Below, piece by piece: positions 14,182-27,188 of a stretch of DNA of 64,000 nt (positions are counted from its first letter, which is position 1; the number at the start of each line of letters is the position of its first letter). Origin of the DNA: Callorhinchus milii. Its lineage: Eukaryota. Location of the stretch: the NCBI RefSeq assembly GCF_018977255.1, contig NW_024704743.1, forward strand, positions 18,664,001-18,728,000, in the 5' to 3' direction. A program made the position numbers and the translations under genes. A model generated the notes under the pieces. It made no database searches. It was not told where the DNA came from and saw only the letters and a program-made list of their open reading frames with translations.

Positions 14182-15071
14182 TATATTTTGCGGCAAAAAG
14201 CGGCAGCCAAATGCGCACAGCAGTGTCCCACAAACAGTTGTGGATTATTGCCGTCCGGTTTTGCAGATTAATGCATAACTGAGTATTGGAGGACCACTAA
14301 TTGTAGAAAGTACCATAGCTGAGCTTGATATCCCACGGCTGCCTGACTACCACACATGCACATAACCAGCAGAGGTGTGCTAGAGAAACTTTGAGCCAGG
14401 AAACCTGACTGTTTTCACTTCTGTAACTCGGGGAAAGCTAGGGCCAATTTAGCTTTCACATGAGATCAGGAAATTTAGCACAGGCTAGGATTCAAACCAG
14501 TCTGTAAACTGCAGCCCTATCCAGGACACCATTGAGCTTGTAAGTAATTTAAGAGGAATTTGTCATGAAGGTTTTTCATGCCAAGTTTAGCCTAGATTTA
14601 GTCAATGCATTAGAAAACTCTAAAGAATAAAGCTGCTCCAAAAAGTGCTCAAAATATTTTTTTACTTCTCTTACAAATACTAGAAAATGTTGAAAATGCA
14701 CACTAGGATGATCAGTGCCTGAAATAAAAAAAACAATTGTGGGTGTGACCTTTCCTCAGATTTGAAATTATATAACCTTTGCTTTTCTTTTAGATTTTGA
14801 TCAATCTGGTATCCACTGCTGACTATTGCTGTTTATTGTTCATAATAATCTTATATTTGACATAGTGCTTTTCACATTGAGAGGACATCTCAAAGCTTTG
14901 GGAGAGCATCTCATAATGGCTAAATGAAGGTGCAAGTTACGTACAGATCATTTGGGCTTTTTCACCCCTTTTTCAGGTTTAAGTCACTTATATTCTCTGC
15001 TTGCATGTGTTTTTTTTCTCCTTCTCCCTCTGTGAATTCACACAAATTTCTCTTCTTGAATTCTTTGATAG

Positions 15072-15156
15072 AGAAGGCAACGAGCGAGATGAACACTGCA
15101 GAGGACTGGGGCCTAATACTGGATATCTGCGACAAAGTGGGGCAGTCACGTACTGG
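15072..15156 (+). CDS. STAM: STAM coding exon 2 (VHS domain start, (E)[28 protein letters not shown])
   Basis: Acceptor AG at 15070-15071, donor GTAAG at 15157, 85 nt. The peptide is recognisably the vertebrate STAM1 VHS domain. It starts in phase 1, so an upstream exon 1 is required and was not found in the window. Confidence 0.96.
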
Positions 15157-15504
15157 GTAAGGTTTTAAAACAACTTTCTCTGGTAACTCTATAACAGTAA
15201 CTAAATGTTCAGGGAAACGCATTCAATCGCCAACGTGTGAACCTGAAGAGTTCAATGAGAAATAGCTGCATAAGCAGTGTGTGCAGCAGCTGTTTCCATA
15301 ATTAGCTTCCAAGCTGTGTGAAGTAAGGGTTTGTATAAATCAAGGCCACAGCCAAATATAGTTCAGCAGCAAGCAGCACAGTGCAATTATGCTCATGTTG
15401 CACCTCCTTATTCTGTAAGATTCAAATGGTTATTTGTACTGCTGATCGTATGTGTCTAATTTTCTTTAGAAACCATCTTTAGCTAACATTGAAACTTGTA
15501 AACA

Positions 15505-16801
15505 CGCACGGTACAGAGACTGCGCTTGTGAAAGTCACAAATGACATCCTCTCTATCTGTGACCAGGGCTTCCTCTGCCTCCTTGTCCTCCTAGACCTCT
15601 CCGCTGCGGACACAGTCGATCATGCCATCCTCCTTCACCGCCTTTCCTCCGTCATCCACCTCAGTGGGACCGCACTCGCCTGGTTCGAGTCCTACCTCAT
15701 GAGCCGCCAGCAGTACATCTGCACAAACGGCTTCTCCTCCCACTCTCACCCGGTTACCTGTGGGTACCCCAAGGATCCATCCTCCTCTTTCTGATCTACA
15801 TGCTCCCCCTTGGGGATGTCATCCGCAGACATGGGGTACACTTCCACATGTGTGCGGATGACACCCATCTCTATTTTTCCACCTCACTTTGCGACCCCCA
15901 GTCCCTTGATGTTCTGTCAGCTGCCTGTCGAATCTCAGGAGCTGGATGAGCGCAAATTTCCTTCAGCTGAACGTTGACAAGACAGAAGCCATACTCTTTG
16001 GCTCTCGTCAGCATCTAAAATTACACGGTTCTCACCTCCTCCACCTACTTGATCTCCCCCTAAAACTCTCCGAACCCGTACGCAACCTTGGCATCAGGTT
16101 TGACCCACAATTATCCTTCCTACCCTACATCCGGTCCCTCACCAGCACCGCTTTCTTCCACCTCCGACGCATTGCCCGTCTCCGCCAATACTTCACTCCA
16201 AAACCCGCTGAAACCCTGGTCCATGCCTTTGTCACCTCTCGACTGGACTATTCAAATGCCTTCTTCGCCGGTCTCCCCTCCACTACCATCCATAAAATCC
16301 AGGTCATACAAAACTCTTCTGCCCGCATTCTTACCTGCACCAAACTCCGCTCCCCGATTACCCCAGTCCTTGCCAGACTGCACTGGCTGCCTGTCCCAGA
16401 GAGGATCGACTTCAAAATCCTCACCCTTTGTCTTTAAATCCCTCCACTCCTCTGCACCCCCTCCCCATCTCTCTGACCTACTCTCTCCTCAAAGAGTGCC
16501 CGTTGCCTTTGTTCTACTGGGTCTTGCCTCCTCCTGGTCCCCTGATTCCTCCGCTTCACTCTCAGTGGCCGTGCTTTCAGCCACTATGCCCCGAGGCTCT
16601 GGAACTGCCTTCCTCACTCCCTTCGCCTCACCCCCTCTCTTCCTATTTTCAGGTCTCGGCTGAAGACCTTTCTTTTCGACCATGCCTTTGGTCACCTTCC
16701 TCCCCCTCCCCCTAGCTCAGCCCCGGGATCCATTACCGTGAAGCACTATGAGACATCGTTTAGCGTGGAAGGCGCTATATAAATCCAAGTTGTTGTTGTT
16801 G
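15505..16801 (+). mobile_element. L2 LINE ORF2/3' fragment in STAM intron 2
   Basis: HGTETALVKVTND, MSANFLQLNVDKTEAI, HAFVTSRLDYSN, RLHWLP, and a (GTT)n tail. Confidence 0.92.
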
Positions 16802-17789
16802 ACTATTGATGGTAGCTTTTTATTTTACATATTTTATATTGCAAAACTTCTTCAGTTTTGTTCAGACTAGTAGACAAGGGATGAGAGAAACAGAATCTGA
16901 GGGCTACAAATCTGTCTGTCAGACCAGGGTAGTGATGTGAATTGGCAATATAGTAGTTGGCTATTAGTATTCTTCGGATAGATATTAAAGAAATTCCACT
17001 ATGATACTCTTCGAATGAGAAAGGAGTTTCTCCAAGTGTACTGGCCAACAATCCTCTGGATAAATACACCTCATGACTGCTTGTGCAACGTAGTTGGTGC
17101 AAACTTCTGAGACATTTCAACTTAATGAGGTGCTATAAAAATGCACATTTTTTTCTTTGTAGCACCAACATATGCTTATTGGACCCTATGTCCTCTCCTA
17201 TGCTGTAATTTCTGATTCTTGGAAGAGGTATCTTTGCAGCCCTTTTGACTGTAAAAGAAACTGGCTTACCTAAATGAGCTCCTGCAAAGAACCATTGCCC
17301 TTGCATGCTTGGTTAGCACAATTTATGTTTTGGGGGCCCTCTTGCTATACTGGCTGCAGGAGCTGCAATATCAGGAAGCTGGAATCACTCTCTGGCATGA
17401 GCCAACATCAGACCATGCAGAATTGCACTTGCCTATAAGTACCTTCACTACACTTTACAGCAAGTTCTGTGAAGAGCTTTAAGACATTTTGACGACTTGA
17501 TCATGTGATATATCAAATGCAAGGATTATTATAATTGAAAGACATCAATAAACACAACTGAAATGTGTAAGTGAATCAGTAATTGAAAATCCGGAGTTGG
17601 TTAGGGGGACCCACACCCAGCTCGGGTATCCATACAGTTTCGTCAAGCGCTTTGAAATGGCCTCCTGACTTGAAAGGTGCGATTATAAATGTAACTTCTA
17701 TTGTATTTGCTAAACGGAAGATTCCTGAAGAGATTTTTTTTAAGATGTAAACATTTGTGGAATAATTTGGATGTGCTGTTTATTAATAG

Positions 17790-17865
17790 GCCCAAAGATT
17801 GCTTGAGATCTATTATGAAAAGAGTGAATCACAAGGATCCGCACGTTGCGATGCAGGCGCTGACA
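17790..17865 (+). CDS. STAM: STAM coding exon 3 ([28 protein letters not shown])
   Basis: taatAG acceptor, GTAAGT donor at 17866, 76 nt, phase continuous with exon 2. Confidence 0.96.
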
Positions 17866-19024
17866 GTAAGTACGGCAGCACTTATTACACTACTTCTAAG
17901 GTACAGTCCATTGTTCATGAAAAAGATGTACCAACCTTCAAGTTGACTTTGCAATGCTTTCTTTGTGTTCCTGTTTGTGGGTCATCGTTGTGCACACATT
18001 AGCTGTCCATGATTGCTTATAAAATACGCAGTCACTGCGTTTTACAGTGGATCCTGTGAAGCATTTTGAGATGTTCTCCCGATGTGAAAGGTACTGTATC
18101 AAATGTAAAATTTTATTTACTGTAGGGCTAGTGAGATTTGATAGCATTTGCTCTCTGCAACTTGAACACCATTTTAAGACTGCAACTCAGTTTAGACGTC
18201 AACAGGTGCAGAAAAAAATCCAGTTTCTCAGGAGTGGTTGAGTACCACTATGGGGAATAGTGGCTGATCTACTTTGCCCTGAAATTTTGGAACTCTTTGC
18301 TTGAATCCCTCTGCCTACCCCTATCTACATGAATAGTGCTATATAAAAGCAAGTTAAAATTACAACTCCTACAGTGAAACAGAGAAATGCAGAAATAAAA
18401 TTTCTCAAATGTTGTGAATAAATGTGAAGTGGAATTAATGTTTTAACTATAAATTTATAAAGCTGATTTAATAAAAGCATTTTTTTAAAAATTCTAATTC
18501 TGCAGACCTCATCATTGCTCTTTTCCAATCCTATTCTCTAATTCCATTCTTTGCCCATTTTTCATCAATTCATTTTATCTGTTACCACTACTTTTATCTT
18601 TTCCCTCATTGAAATTGAGTTTAGAAACTTCCACTTACTGTGATATTTCAACCAGACTTTTAGATGCTGTGTTAAGGAGATTGATACAAGTCTGGGTTTT
18701 CATTGACTGCAAATCTATTTCACATTTTAAAAAAAAAAATGAGCTTATCTAAAGCCAAGATGATGGTTGGCCCGTTCAGATCATGGATGCAAGCATATCA
18801 AACCTGGAAGGGAGCTGTAAAAGGAGTGTGTTTGTTTGTTGCATCAGCAGAGTATTAAAAAGCATTTACGAAACGCTTAGCTTTTATGAGTAACAATCAT
18901 AATGTAATGTACATGTAAAATATTTTTGTTACACGTGCAGTAACTATAGAACAAGTCCTCGCTTATGCTGCATATGGCCACACCACAGTTGCAATCTGTA
19001 TTAACCCACTTTTTTTCTTTAAAG

Positions 19025-19120
19025 CTGCTCGGAGCATGTGTGTCAAACTGTGGTAAAATCTTTCACCTTGAAGTCTGCTCCAGAGACTTTGCAAGTGAAG
19101 TGAGCAACGTTTTGAATAAG
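19025..19120 (+). CDS. STAM: STAM coding exon 4 ([35 protein letters not shown])
   Basis: Polypyrimidine tract plus aaAG, GTAAAT donor at 19121, 96 nt. Not in the ORF track; translated by hand. Confidence 0.96.
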
Positions 19121-20189
19121 GTAAATACTTGAGGCATTTTTGTGATTTGTGTTGATCTCAGACATTGTTGGCTCACATAATTGATTTGTCCTCTAGTGCA
19201 ATAAGCGTAACTTCATTTGCACTAAAGTAAAACAATGAACTGTGGTGTGTGTCTTCCACACATTCATTTTCACAGCTTTGGCCGTTTCTTATTATTTGGT
19301 CACTTTTTTTGTAAGTATAGTTGATTTACTCTGTTAGTTTTCTTTTTATCGGTTAATATCGATGATTTTCACATAAAATAATTTTAATTTCAAGGTCAGG
19401 ATATTCTTCTGAGGAGTTTTTTTTTTTTTTGTGACTCATGGCTCAAATAAAAAACAAACCAGGTCTTTCCACTGACCTCAAACACACTCTGAGCTCATCC
19501 ACTGAAAAAGGACTCTCTTTGGTTCTTGTGCTGATTCACACGTGGTTCCTCTACTGAATCAATCACACACCGTTCCTCGTGCTCTGAATCCCCCCCAGGC
19601 TCGTGTTTGTATCAAACACCTGGAACTTTATCAATTGCTCAGTTATCGATCCTCCTTGGAATCAGCAGTCCAAGCTCATTATTCATTGGACACTTGATGG
19701 TTTTGCAAGCCAACAATCCATCACAGACCAAACTTCTTCTGCTGCCCCATTAGTAGCTTGTGTTTTGGACACTCATTGGTGAGTTGCTATTGAAACGAGT
19801 CTGCTGTGGTTTAGGGTCCTCTTCCTTCTTCCTGCCACCATGCTCATACTTGACCACCATTACGCACTGTTTCTAAGAATTCAACTTATTTTAATTCCGT
19901 TTTTTCACAATTCTTGGCCTAATAGCATTTTTTTGGAAAACAAGCTTTTTTTTATTAATGACAAGTTATTTAGTTGGATTGTAGAATATTGCAAAAAAAA
20001 GAAATTGAGTATTTACCATTTTATTTAATATATATTTAATACAGGCAAATCTACTTGTAAGTATCTAGATGGTTTGAAGTTTAACTTTAAATTATTGTAT
20101 TATTTGTAAATCAAATGCAAATTGGCTTATTTTGTTAAGGAAGACCCATATTTTGAATAATAGATAAATATTATTATTAACAGAAAAGA

Positions 20190-21900
20190 TTGATAAATGC
20201 CATCCCACATGGGTTTTCAGAAGGCATTTGATAAAAGTTCTATACAAGAGATCTCAATTTAAAACTGAGCTGCATTAAATTGTGGCAACCTTATGGCGTG
20301 GATCATAAATTATTAGGGAGGTGGGAGCAGAGAACTAGGACAAAAGAGTTGTTCTCTATTTGGTAGGCAGTTAGCTATGAATAATAATTCCACAGGGACA
20401 AACGGGCTACAGCATTTCACTTTCTATGTAAATAAACTTGAGTCAGGAATAAAGGGGACTATTTTCAAGTTAATAGATAATTGGAAGCTATGAAATTGTG
20501 GAGAAGAGATTTGAGCATTTCAAAAGGATATAGACAGATTAATAGGAAGTGTGCAGCACAATGGAAGATGCAAATCAATGTAGCAAACCACAAGATAGCA
20601 GCACATGTACGAATGGTCGGTGTGCATACTTTTTGAATGGGGACGTACTTGATGAATAAATGGGTTTAGGAGTTGGGTATATAAACCATCAGATTGCAAG
20701 TGAGAAAAGGCATTAGAGGTTAATACAATTCTAGAATATAATGTTGACTTAACAGACTCATTTTTGGGGTGGTTAGCTGAGTGTCTTGACACACGTGGAA
20801 ACCCATCACCATGCTTAAGAGTATCCAAACCAAGCTGAGATTTCCACACATCCCACCTACACATGGAAATCCCAGAGATAGATTGTTGGAATGAAATGCG
20901 CACTCTCTCCCTGGAGGGACACTTCCTGTTTACCTAATTGCAGAAAGTATTAGTGCAGGTTGGCAAGAGCTAAGCCTTGGGGACTCCAGAGTGTGATTTG
21001 GGGTACTGCTGGAGTCTAACTAGCTAAAATCGCATCGCTTGCCATTGATATCGCTGTCTGGCAAGCTTTACCGCTGCATGTTCAGTTAAGACTATCCTAC
21101 CCGTTAGGGCTTTGGCCTGCAGGGTTTGCTTATGACAATGTGAGATTTCCACACATCCCACCTACACATGGAAATCCCAGAGATAGATTGTCTGAATGGA
21201 ATGCATACTTTCTTTTTGGAGGGAAGCATCCTGCTTACCTGATTCCGGAAAGTATTAGGCAAGTTTGGCAAGGGTCAAGGCTTGGGGACCCCAGAGTGTG
21301 CACTAGGATACTGCTGGAGTCTAACCAGCTAAAACCGCAGAGCATTGCCATTGATATTGCTGTCCGACAAGTTTTCCCGCAGCTTGTCTCGCACCCTACC
21401 AAGGTTAACAGGAGCTCAGTGAAATGACTATTTGCCCCCAGTGACTGGTCTGCCCTTCCAGGTCCTGCTGATGAGCCAGGCTGGCTGTGCTGTCATCAGC
21501 AGTGCCCTGTAATAGTGCGGACCTGCCTGGCTCAGGAACCGGACTACCGAGACCGCCACAGAAGGCTGGCTCGATTCCGGCATTCCATTGCCAGGCATGT
21601 CACCTTGGAGCTAGTTCAGCTTCAAGGAGGCGCCGCGTATACTAGAATATAAAGGTAAGTGTTGCAGTAATTACACAAACTGCTGATCTAGGGTGTTCCG
21701 TTCAGACTTGGAGACTCCACCTTTAGAAAGATATACTGCCTTTTGGGTAAAAATATTTCATTGAGACTCGCCTAGCTAATTATGTGGGTTGATTGACTTG
21801 CCTAAAATTAGAGATTGAGCAAATCCAAGTTACTTTGCCTGGCGCTGAGAAGGCTTAAGGTGTGATCTGATCGTATACAGAAGTTGAATTAAATCAAAAG
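20190..21900 (+). mobile_element. Highly decayed CR1 RT fragment split by an unclassified insert (about 20742-21641)
   Basis: ttttcagaaggcatttgataa (FQKAFDK) and caaaaggatatagacaga (QKDIDR). CR1-like sequence resumes at about 21642. Confidence 0.6.
20788..21631. repeat. Unclassified dispersed repeat, copy A, with an internal duplication of about 240 bp
   Basis: 20836-21074 is repeated at 21141-21380. Homologous to 44320-44944 (opposite orientation), 48951-49035 and 58332-58822. Confidence 0.8.
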
Positions 21901-22116
21901 AATTGTGAAGGTTGTGCTCATGGTATGACTGCTGTCAGTGAAATTTTGGAGCATACAGTCTGAACTGCACTTTTTAGAAAACTAATTACAAATGTTTGGA
22001 AATGGATTTGGTTGTTTTATTAGTAATTTCGTTCTATTGGTAAAGTGTCATAGTATGATTAAAAAATGGTTTGGTGTGTTTAAATAATAAAAAATAATAA
22101 TAGAATATCCTTTCAG

Positions 22117-22263
22117 GGTCACCCAAAAGTCTGTGAAAAGCTGAAAGCCCTCATGGTGGAATGGAGTGAGGAGTTTAAAAATGACCCCCAGCTTAGCCTT
22201 ATATCTGCTATGATCAAAAACTTGAAGGAACAAGGAGTTGCATTCCCTGCGGCAGGTTCCCAG
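22117..22263 (+). CDS. STAM: STAM coding exon 5 (VHS end; [49 protein letters not shown])
   Basis: tttcAG acceptor, GTAAT donor at 22264, 147 nt, phase 0 at both ends. Confidence 0.96.
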
Positions 22264-22809
22264 GTAATAATACCTTTCTCTGTGTTTGAATTTGTCTAGA
22301 TGAATCACATACTAAGATTTTGTACTTGTGCTCTTTTAGCCAGCCCCTCCTGTGATTTCTAAAAAAAAAATTAATTAAAAAAAAATCTCCCCAACATTTT
22401 CCCTTCAGATACTATGCACATTCCTAGCCTCTGGAATTCTCTTTCCCCCCCCTCCCCCACCACTGCCTTGGTCCCACACTATCAGTTTTTAAACCCTTTG
22501 ATCATGCCTATGGTCATTTTCCCCTTTCCTCACCCCTCTGCCTTGCTCAGCGTACGACCGGTGTCATTGTGAAGTGCTCCAAGGCATGTGAAGGGCGCTA
22601 TAAAAATGCAAGTTATTGTTTGACTCCTTTTTCGTTCTGATTGTGTTTCCAACACGTGGTACCTCACTAAGTGACCACATATGAGCCTTTGACAGTGAAT
22701 GTTGGAGGACTTGTCAAGGATGGGATGGCAGCATCTCAACAAAGTATTATCTCATATTTCCACACGCCCATGTCCAGCAAGGACCACTAGTTGGAGATCA
22801 GAACTCTGT

Positions 22810-22982
22810 GGAGTCCTGCAGCTCAGTGGTTAGAGCATTTGCCTTGCAAGCGAGAGACCTAGGTTTGATTCCCAGCAGGGCAAAATGTTGGGCAAGTTTC
22901 CTTACACCACTCTACAGTATATTCTTTGAAGCGCTTTCAGACGTCTCATAAGGCGCTTTATCAAATGCAAGGATTATTATTA
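22810..22982 (+). mobile_element. tRNA-derived SINE with the central core deleted
   Basis: The head (ggagtcctgcagctcagtggttagagc) is joined directly to the tail (caaatgcaaggattattatta). Confidence 0.8.
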
Positions 22983-23173
22983 ACCAATTCTAGCATCTCC
23001 ATTGTCATCCAGCCTGAGATGAGCTTACTTGTCACGGATAAAGGGGTCTTCCTACAGTTGCTAGATAAACCCGCAGAGCCATCGGTAGAGCTGCAGTTTG
23101 TGAAATGTTGAGTTGTTGGATTTAAATTGGATGCTGATTAACAGTACTCTTTGTAACTACTTGGTTGAGACAG

Positions 23174-23264
23174 GCAGCAGAACAGGCAAAAGCAAGCCCT
23201 GCTTTGGTGACTAAGGATCCAAATGTAGCAGCAAGCAAAAAAGAGGAGGAGGACTTGGCAAAAG
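23174..23264 (+). CDS. STAM: STAM coding exon 6 (AAEQAKASPALVTKDPNVAASKKEEEDLAK; start of UIM)
   Basis: gacAG acceptor, GTGGGT donor at 23265, 91 nt. EEEDLAK joins AIELSLKE of the next exon to form the ubiquitin-interacting motif. Confidence 0.95.
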
Positions 23265-25514
23265 GTGGGTTGATGTGCAATGTGAATTCAACAGCAAATG
23301 AACAATAATGGAAATGTCTTGAAAACGCTGTGACTTGCATTGGTAGAATTTGGTAGGATTGCAGTGATTCCTGCAAAATACCCAGTCACTATCCAGTAAA
23401 TCCTGTGAAGTGCTTTGTGATATCCTCCTGATGTAAAAGACGCTATACCAAATACAAAGGTTATTTTTCAGTTAATACAGAATCACAAGCCTACAAAATT
23501 CAGGTGTAGCAAATGATCAAGAACTTCATTCAGTCATGTATAAAAATACTGTTTTGAAATTGCTCTGAATGATGTTTCTGAGCATTGGTGAACCTGGATG
23601 TTGTAATCTAACAATATTGTATTTTTTCAATGTAAGCATCACTTTAGGATGTACTGCAGTCACTGAGATTTTGCTGTTATTCTTCTATCAGTATACAGAT
23701 GCATATTTGCGTTAAAAGTAGTGTTGTATGTTGTAGGCCTGTACTCCCAGGACATAATAATAGGGTAAATTATAGCTTTTCAACATAGATAGTATATTTG
23801 GCTAAAGTGTACTGTCACTCCTGTCACTGGACATTTATTTTCTCCACAATCTACTGGAAGGTGGATTAGCTGGAGGAACATCTATAAACATCTGCCTAGA
23901 TGTTGAGGGAATGGTATTGTAAGAGAGTAGAGTCATACCAGACTAATAACTGAATGACTAAGGAGCTTAAGATGCCCCTTCCCCCTCATCTCCCACTAGC
24001 TTTATAAAAATAATTCATCCTTGCATTTCGTGCAGCTCTTACAATATCAGAATGCCTCAAAGTGCTTCACAGGTGTTGCTGTTAAGTGGATTCTGCTACA
24101 TACTCTTCTACGTATTATTCTAATCCATGGCGATTGGTTAAACGAGAATTAATTTGGCATTAGATTTGCTGAACCTTTTCAGTGTATCACTTCCCAATTG
24201 AGTTCCTTTTTGGAATACAGAGTTTGCTAAATTTACATTGGTCTATCAATCTTATTGTGATATAGGATATATTTTGAAAAGCGGTGGGCAAAGACCATTT
24301 TTTAAAAAAAATACATTATTTGCATAAGAATGGTAATAATATACATTAGCTGGCAGTAAGCACTGTGACATTCATGGACTCCAGACATCACGCGCTGAGT
24401 GGGGAGGGTGAATTATAAGCAGATGATTGTTTGACTCAGCATTAGATGCTGTGCATCTGCTTGCGTTGCCGGAGGCATATAAGTAAGCATTTGCTTAATG
24501 TGTGTTAAGTGGTGTTTAGTTTGCCAGATTTGGAAAAATTGGATCTTGCAGGTATCTGAATGAGTGTATTAGCAACCTGCTGCCCTTCCACTCAAACTCT
24601 GACTTCCATGAAGCCAATTTGCAATCAAAGGGGGTGCTTGGCAAGAGATCGGTTCATTACAAATGCTGCAACTCAACTGCAGTGGGGTCTGTTGTGCTCT
24701 GTGTGTAAATGTGTTACGTACCACAATGCATCTTTATTGTATTTCTCGTTGCGCCAGTGTTTTTTTCCGTTTTTCTTTTTTTCCCCTTCCTTTTCCGAGG
24801 ACCATACTCTCCTCACACTCGGCTCATTCTCTCCCCGACTTGGCAAAATGCCAATAAAAAATATATTTCCCAGTAACCTTGTGCCCTCCCACACAGTTTG
24901 AAAGCCCCTGGTCTAGACTGACAATCCAATACAATATTGGGCGAAGTCTGGAGGAAGAAAATCCATGGCTGTTTGTGGAACATTGCTGTGCACAATTGGC
25001 TGATGTGTTTCATCCACAAAATATTGTCAATCCACTTTGCAATATATTCTATGAATATATATTCACCCTCCCCACCCATTGTGTGATATCTGTAGTCCAT
25101 GAATGTCAGATAGTGCTTACTTCCAGCTAATGTATATTATATTCATTTGAAATGTCTCATCAAGGTGATAAGGCACTATATCAAATACAAGAATTAGAAT
25201 TACAGATCTCCATTTTTGAACATGACGTTCTTTTGAAGAATTGTAAAACAAGTTCCTCCCGTCTGCCTGCTCAAGTGGAGGTTAAAATTCACTAGGTTTT
25301 TTTAGATCATCGAGCCCCACAAGCATCTTTGTTTACTGTCATTGAATTTAATCCTGATAGTTCAACAATCTTGGATTATGCTTTTTAAATGGGAACCAAT
25401 AATAATTTTGTTGGTGCACCACTCAATTTTGACAGAAAATGTGAAGCAAGTAGGTTTTCAATGAATCTTTTTTTCAATTGAATAAGGTATATTTTAGTAT
25501 CTGATATTTTATAG

Positions 25515-25704
25515 CAATTGAATTGTCATTGAAAGAACAAAGGCACCAGCAGCCAACTGTCTCTAGTCTGTATCCGAGCACGTCTAATCTTGTGACCAGC
25601 AAACCAGAAGGACGAAAGGTGCGAGCCATCTACGACTTTGAAGCTGCAGAAGATAATGAACTCACTTTTAAGGCTGGAGAGATCATCGCTGTGCTGGATG
25701 ACAG
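25515..25704 (+). CDS. STAM: STAM coding exon 7 (UIM end and SH3 start, ...[30 protein letters not shown])
   Basis: ttatAG acceptor, GTATCT donor at 25705, 190 nt, SH3 consensus AIYDF. Confidence 0.96.
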
Positions 25705-25965
25705 GTATCTGAAAGCCATTATGGATGGGGAATTCATTGCTCAAGAAACGTTTGTAATAAGGGTTTGTACAAAACAAATGGAACAAAGGTTAGATCAAAT
25801 TTAGAGTGTACAGCAGTAAGATGTAAGTAAGTAAGTAAAATGATTTGTACTGAAAATGATTTGTTTTTTGGGAGAATGGAATCTATCACACACAATTTTG
25901 AATAATTCTGTTTCTGAACGTGACAGTATTGAAATGATTAGAAAATCCATATTTGCATTCCACAG

Positions 25966-26060
25966 TGATCCAAACTGGTGGAAAGGTGAAACTTATCAAG
26001 GCATTGGGCTGTTTCCATCAAACTTTGTGACTGCAGACCTAACTGCAGAGCCTGAGATGT
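25966..26060 (+). CDS. STAM: STAM coding exon 8 (SH3 end; [31 protein letters not shown])
   Basis: cacAG acceptor, GTAAGT donor at 26061, 95 nt, SH3 WW...GLFPSNFV motif. Confidence 0.96.
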
Positions 26061-26412
26061 GTAAGTACAGTTGAACCTCATTGAATGGGCATGTCAGTAA
26101 TGGGGACAACTCACTCGTTAGGTCTCTTTTTCAGTCTAGAAAACAAATTCAAGTGATTGTGACCAAAATTCCAAATTTGCCAATAAGAATAAAAGAGACC
26201 AGTTTATTGAGTTCCCCTAATAGCGAATTTCTACTGTTTTATAATGAGTTGAGAGTTTTAAATGAAGAACTTTGTTATAGATGACTGATAATATCCAGAT
26301 TTGATTAGAGAAGTTTGAAAGATGAGTTTTTAATTTGAGAAACGTGTTGAAAAGTTGTCTTTCTGCACAATACTACGATATATTCACTTACTACAGTGTG
26401 GTATATTTACAG

Positions 26413-26501
26413 TGAAAACTGAAAAGAAAACTGTTCAGTTTAGTGATGAGGTGCAGATTGAGACATTGGAGCCAGAACCTGAACCAGTTTATATTGATGA
26501 A
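26413..26501 (+). CDS. STAM: STAM coding exon 9 (KTEKKTVQFSDEVQIETLEPEPEPVYIDE)
   Basis: tacAG acceptor, GTAAGT donor at 26502, 89 nt, phase continuous. Confidence 0.95.
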
Positions 26502-27100
26502 GTAAGTACAAGCATTTATGTTACTAAATATTTTGGCTCTTTGAACCCAGGCTATGACCCGCATCCTTACCTGGCTTTAACCACCCCCCCTGGCTCGCTA
26601 ATTGTTCATCTTTGGTCACAACCTTGCCCCATTCCATCTCCAGGATCTCCTGCATCCCTGCTCCCCAGTTGCCTTGCTTCATATCGCCCATTGCTTTATA
26701 AGAGATTGAAGAACTTTAGAAACCCAATGGGAAACTCACCTACGTTATGTTCATCCAGGGCGACAGACTTGTTATATCTATTCCTGGCCTTTCTAACAGG
26801 ATTGCGGCGCTTCTGTTTGTGGATAATATTATGTTGTTGGTGGACTCACCTGGGGACCTTTTATACTGCACTCACCATCTTGAACATTGGGCCACCCGAT
26901 AGGAATTGATGGTGGATGCCTCTAAATGTGGAATCATGGTTCTGCGCAGCTCAAGCAAAGATAGTGATTGGAAGATTTGCACTGTTTGAATTTCAAATAT
27001 ATACAGTTATTGTTGATCTGATTGGTGAATACTATAAAAATTGTTGTTACTGTAGTAAGAGGCATTCTGTACTTAATAGGTTTCTGTTTGATTTCTGTAG

Positions 27101-27188
27101 GAAAAAATGGATCAGCTGTTACAGCTATTGCAGAGCGCAAATCCCACCGATGGCCAGCCAGACTCCCCAGAGCTGCTCCATCTAGAAG
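27101..27188 (+). CDS. STAM: STAM coding exon 10 (GAT/coiled-coil; EKMDQLLQLLQSANPTDGQPDSPELLHLE)
   Basis: ctgtAG acceptor, AAG|GTCATA donor at 27189, 88 nt. Confidence 0.94.

Noticed and set aside
1..15071. STAM exon 1 or a nested gene
   Set aside because: I found no MPLF...PFDQDV-like exon, no CpG-island promoter, and no convincing spliced ORF, snoRNA or miRNA by eye. An Rfam or RNA-seq check would be needed to exclude small RNAs.
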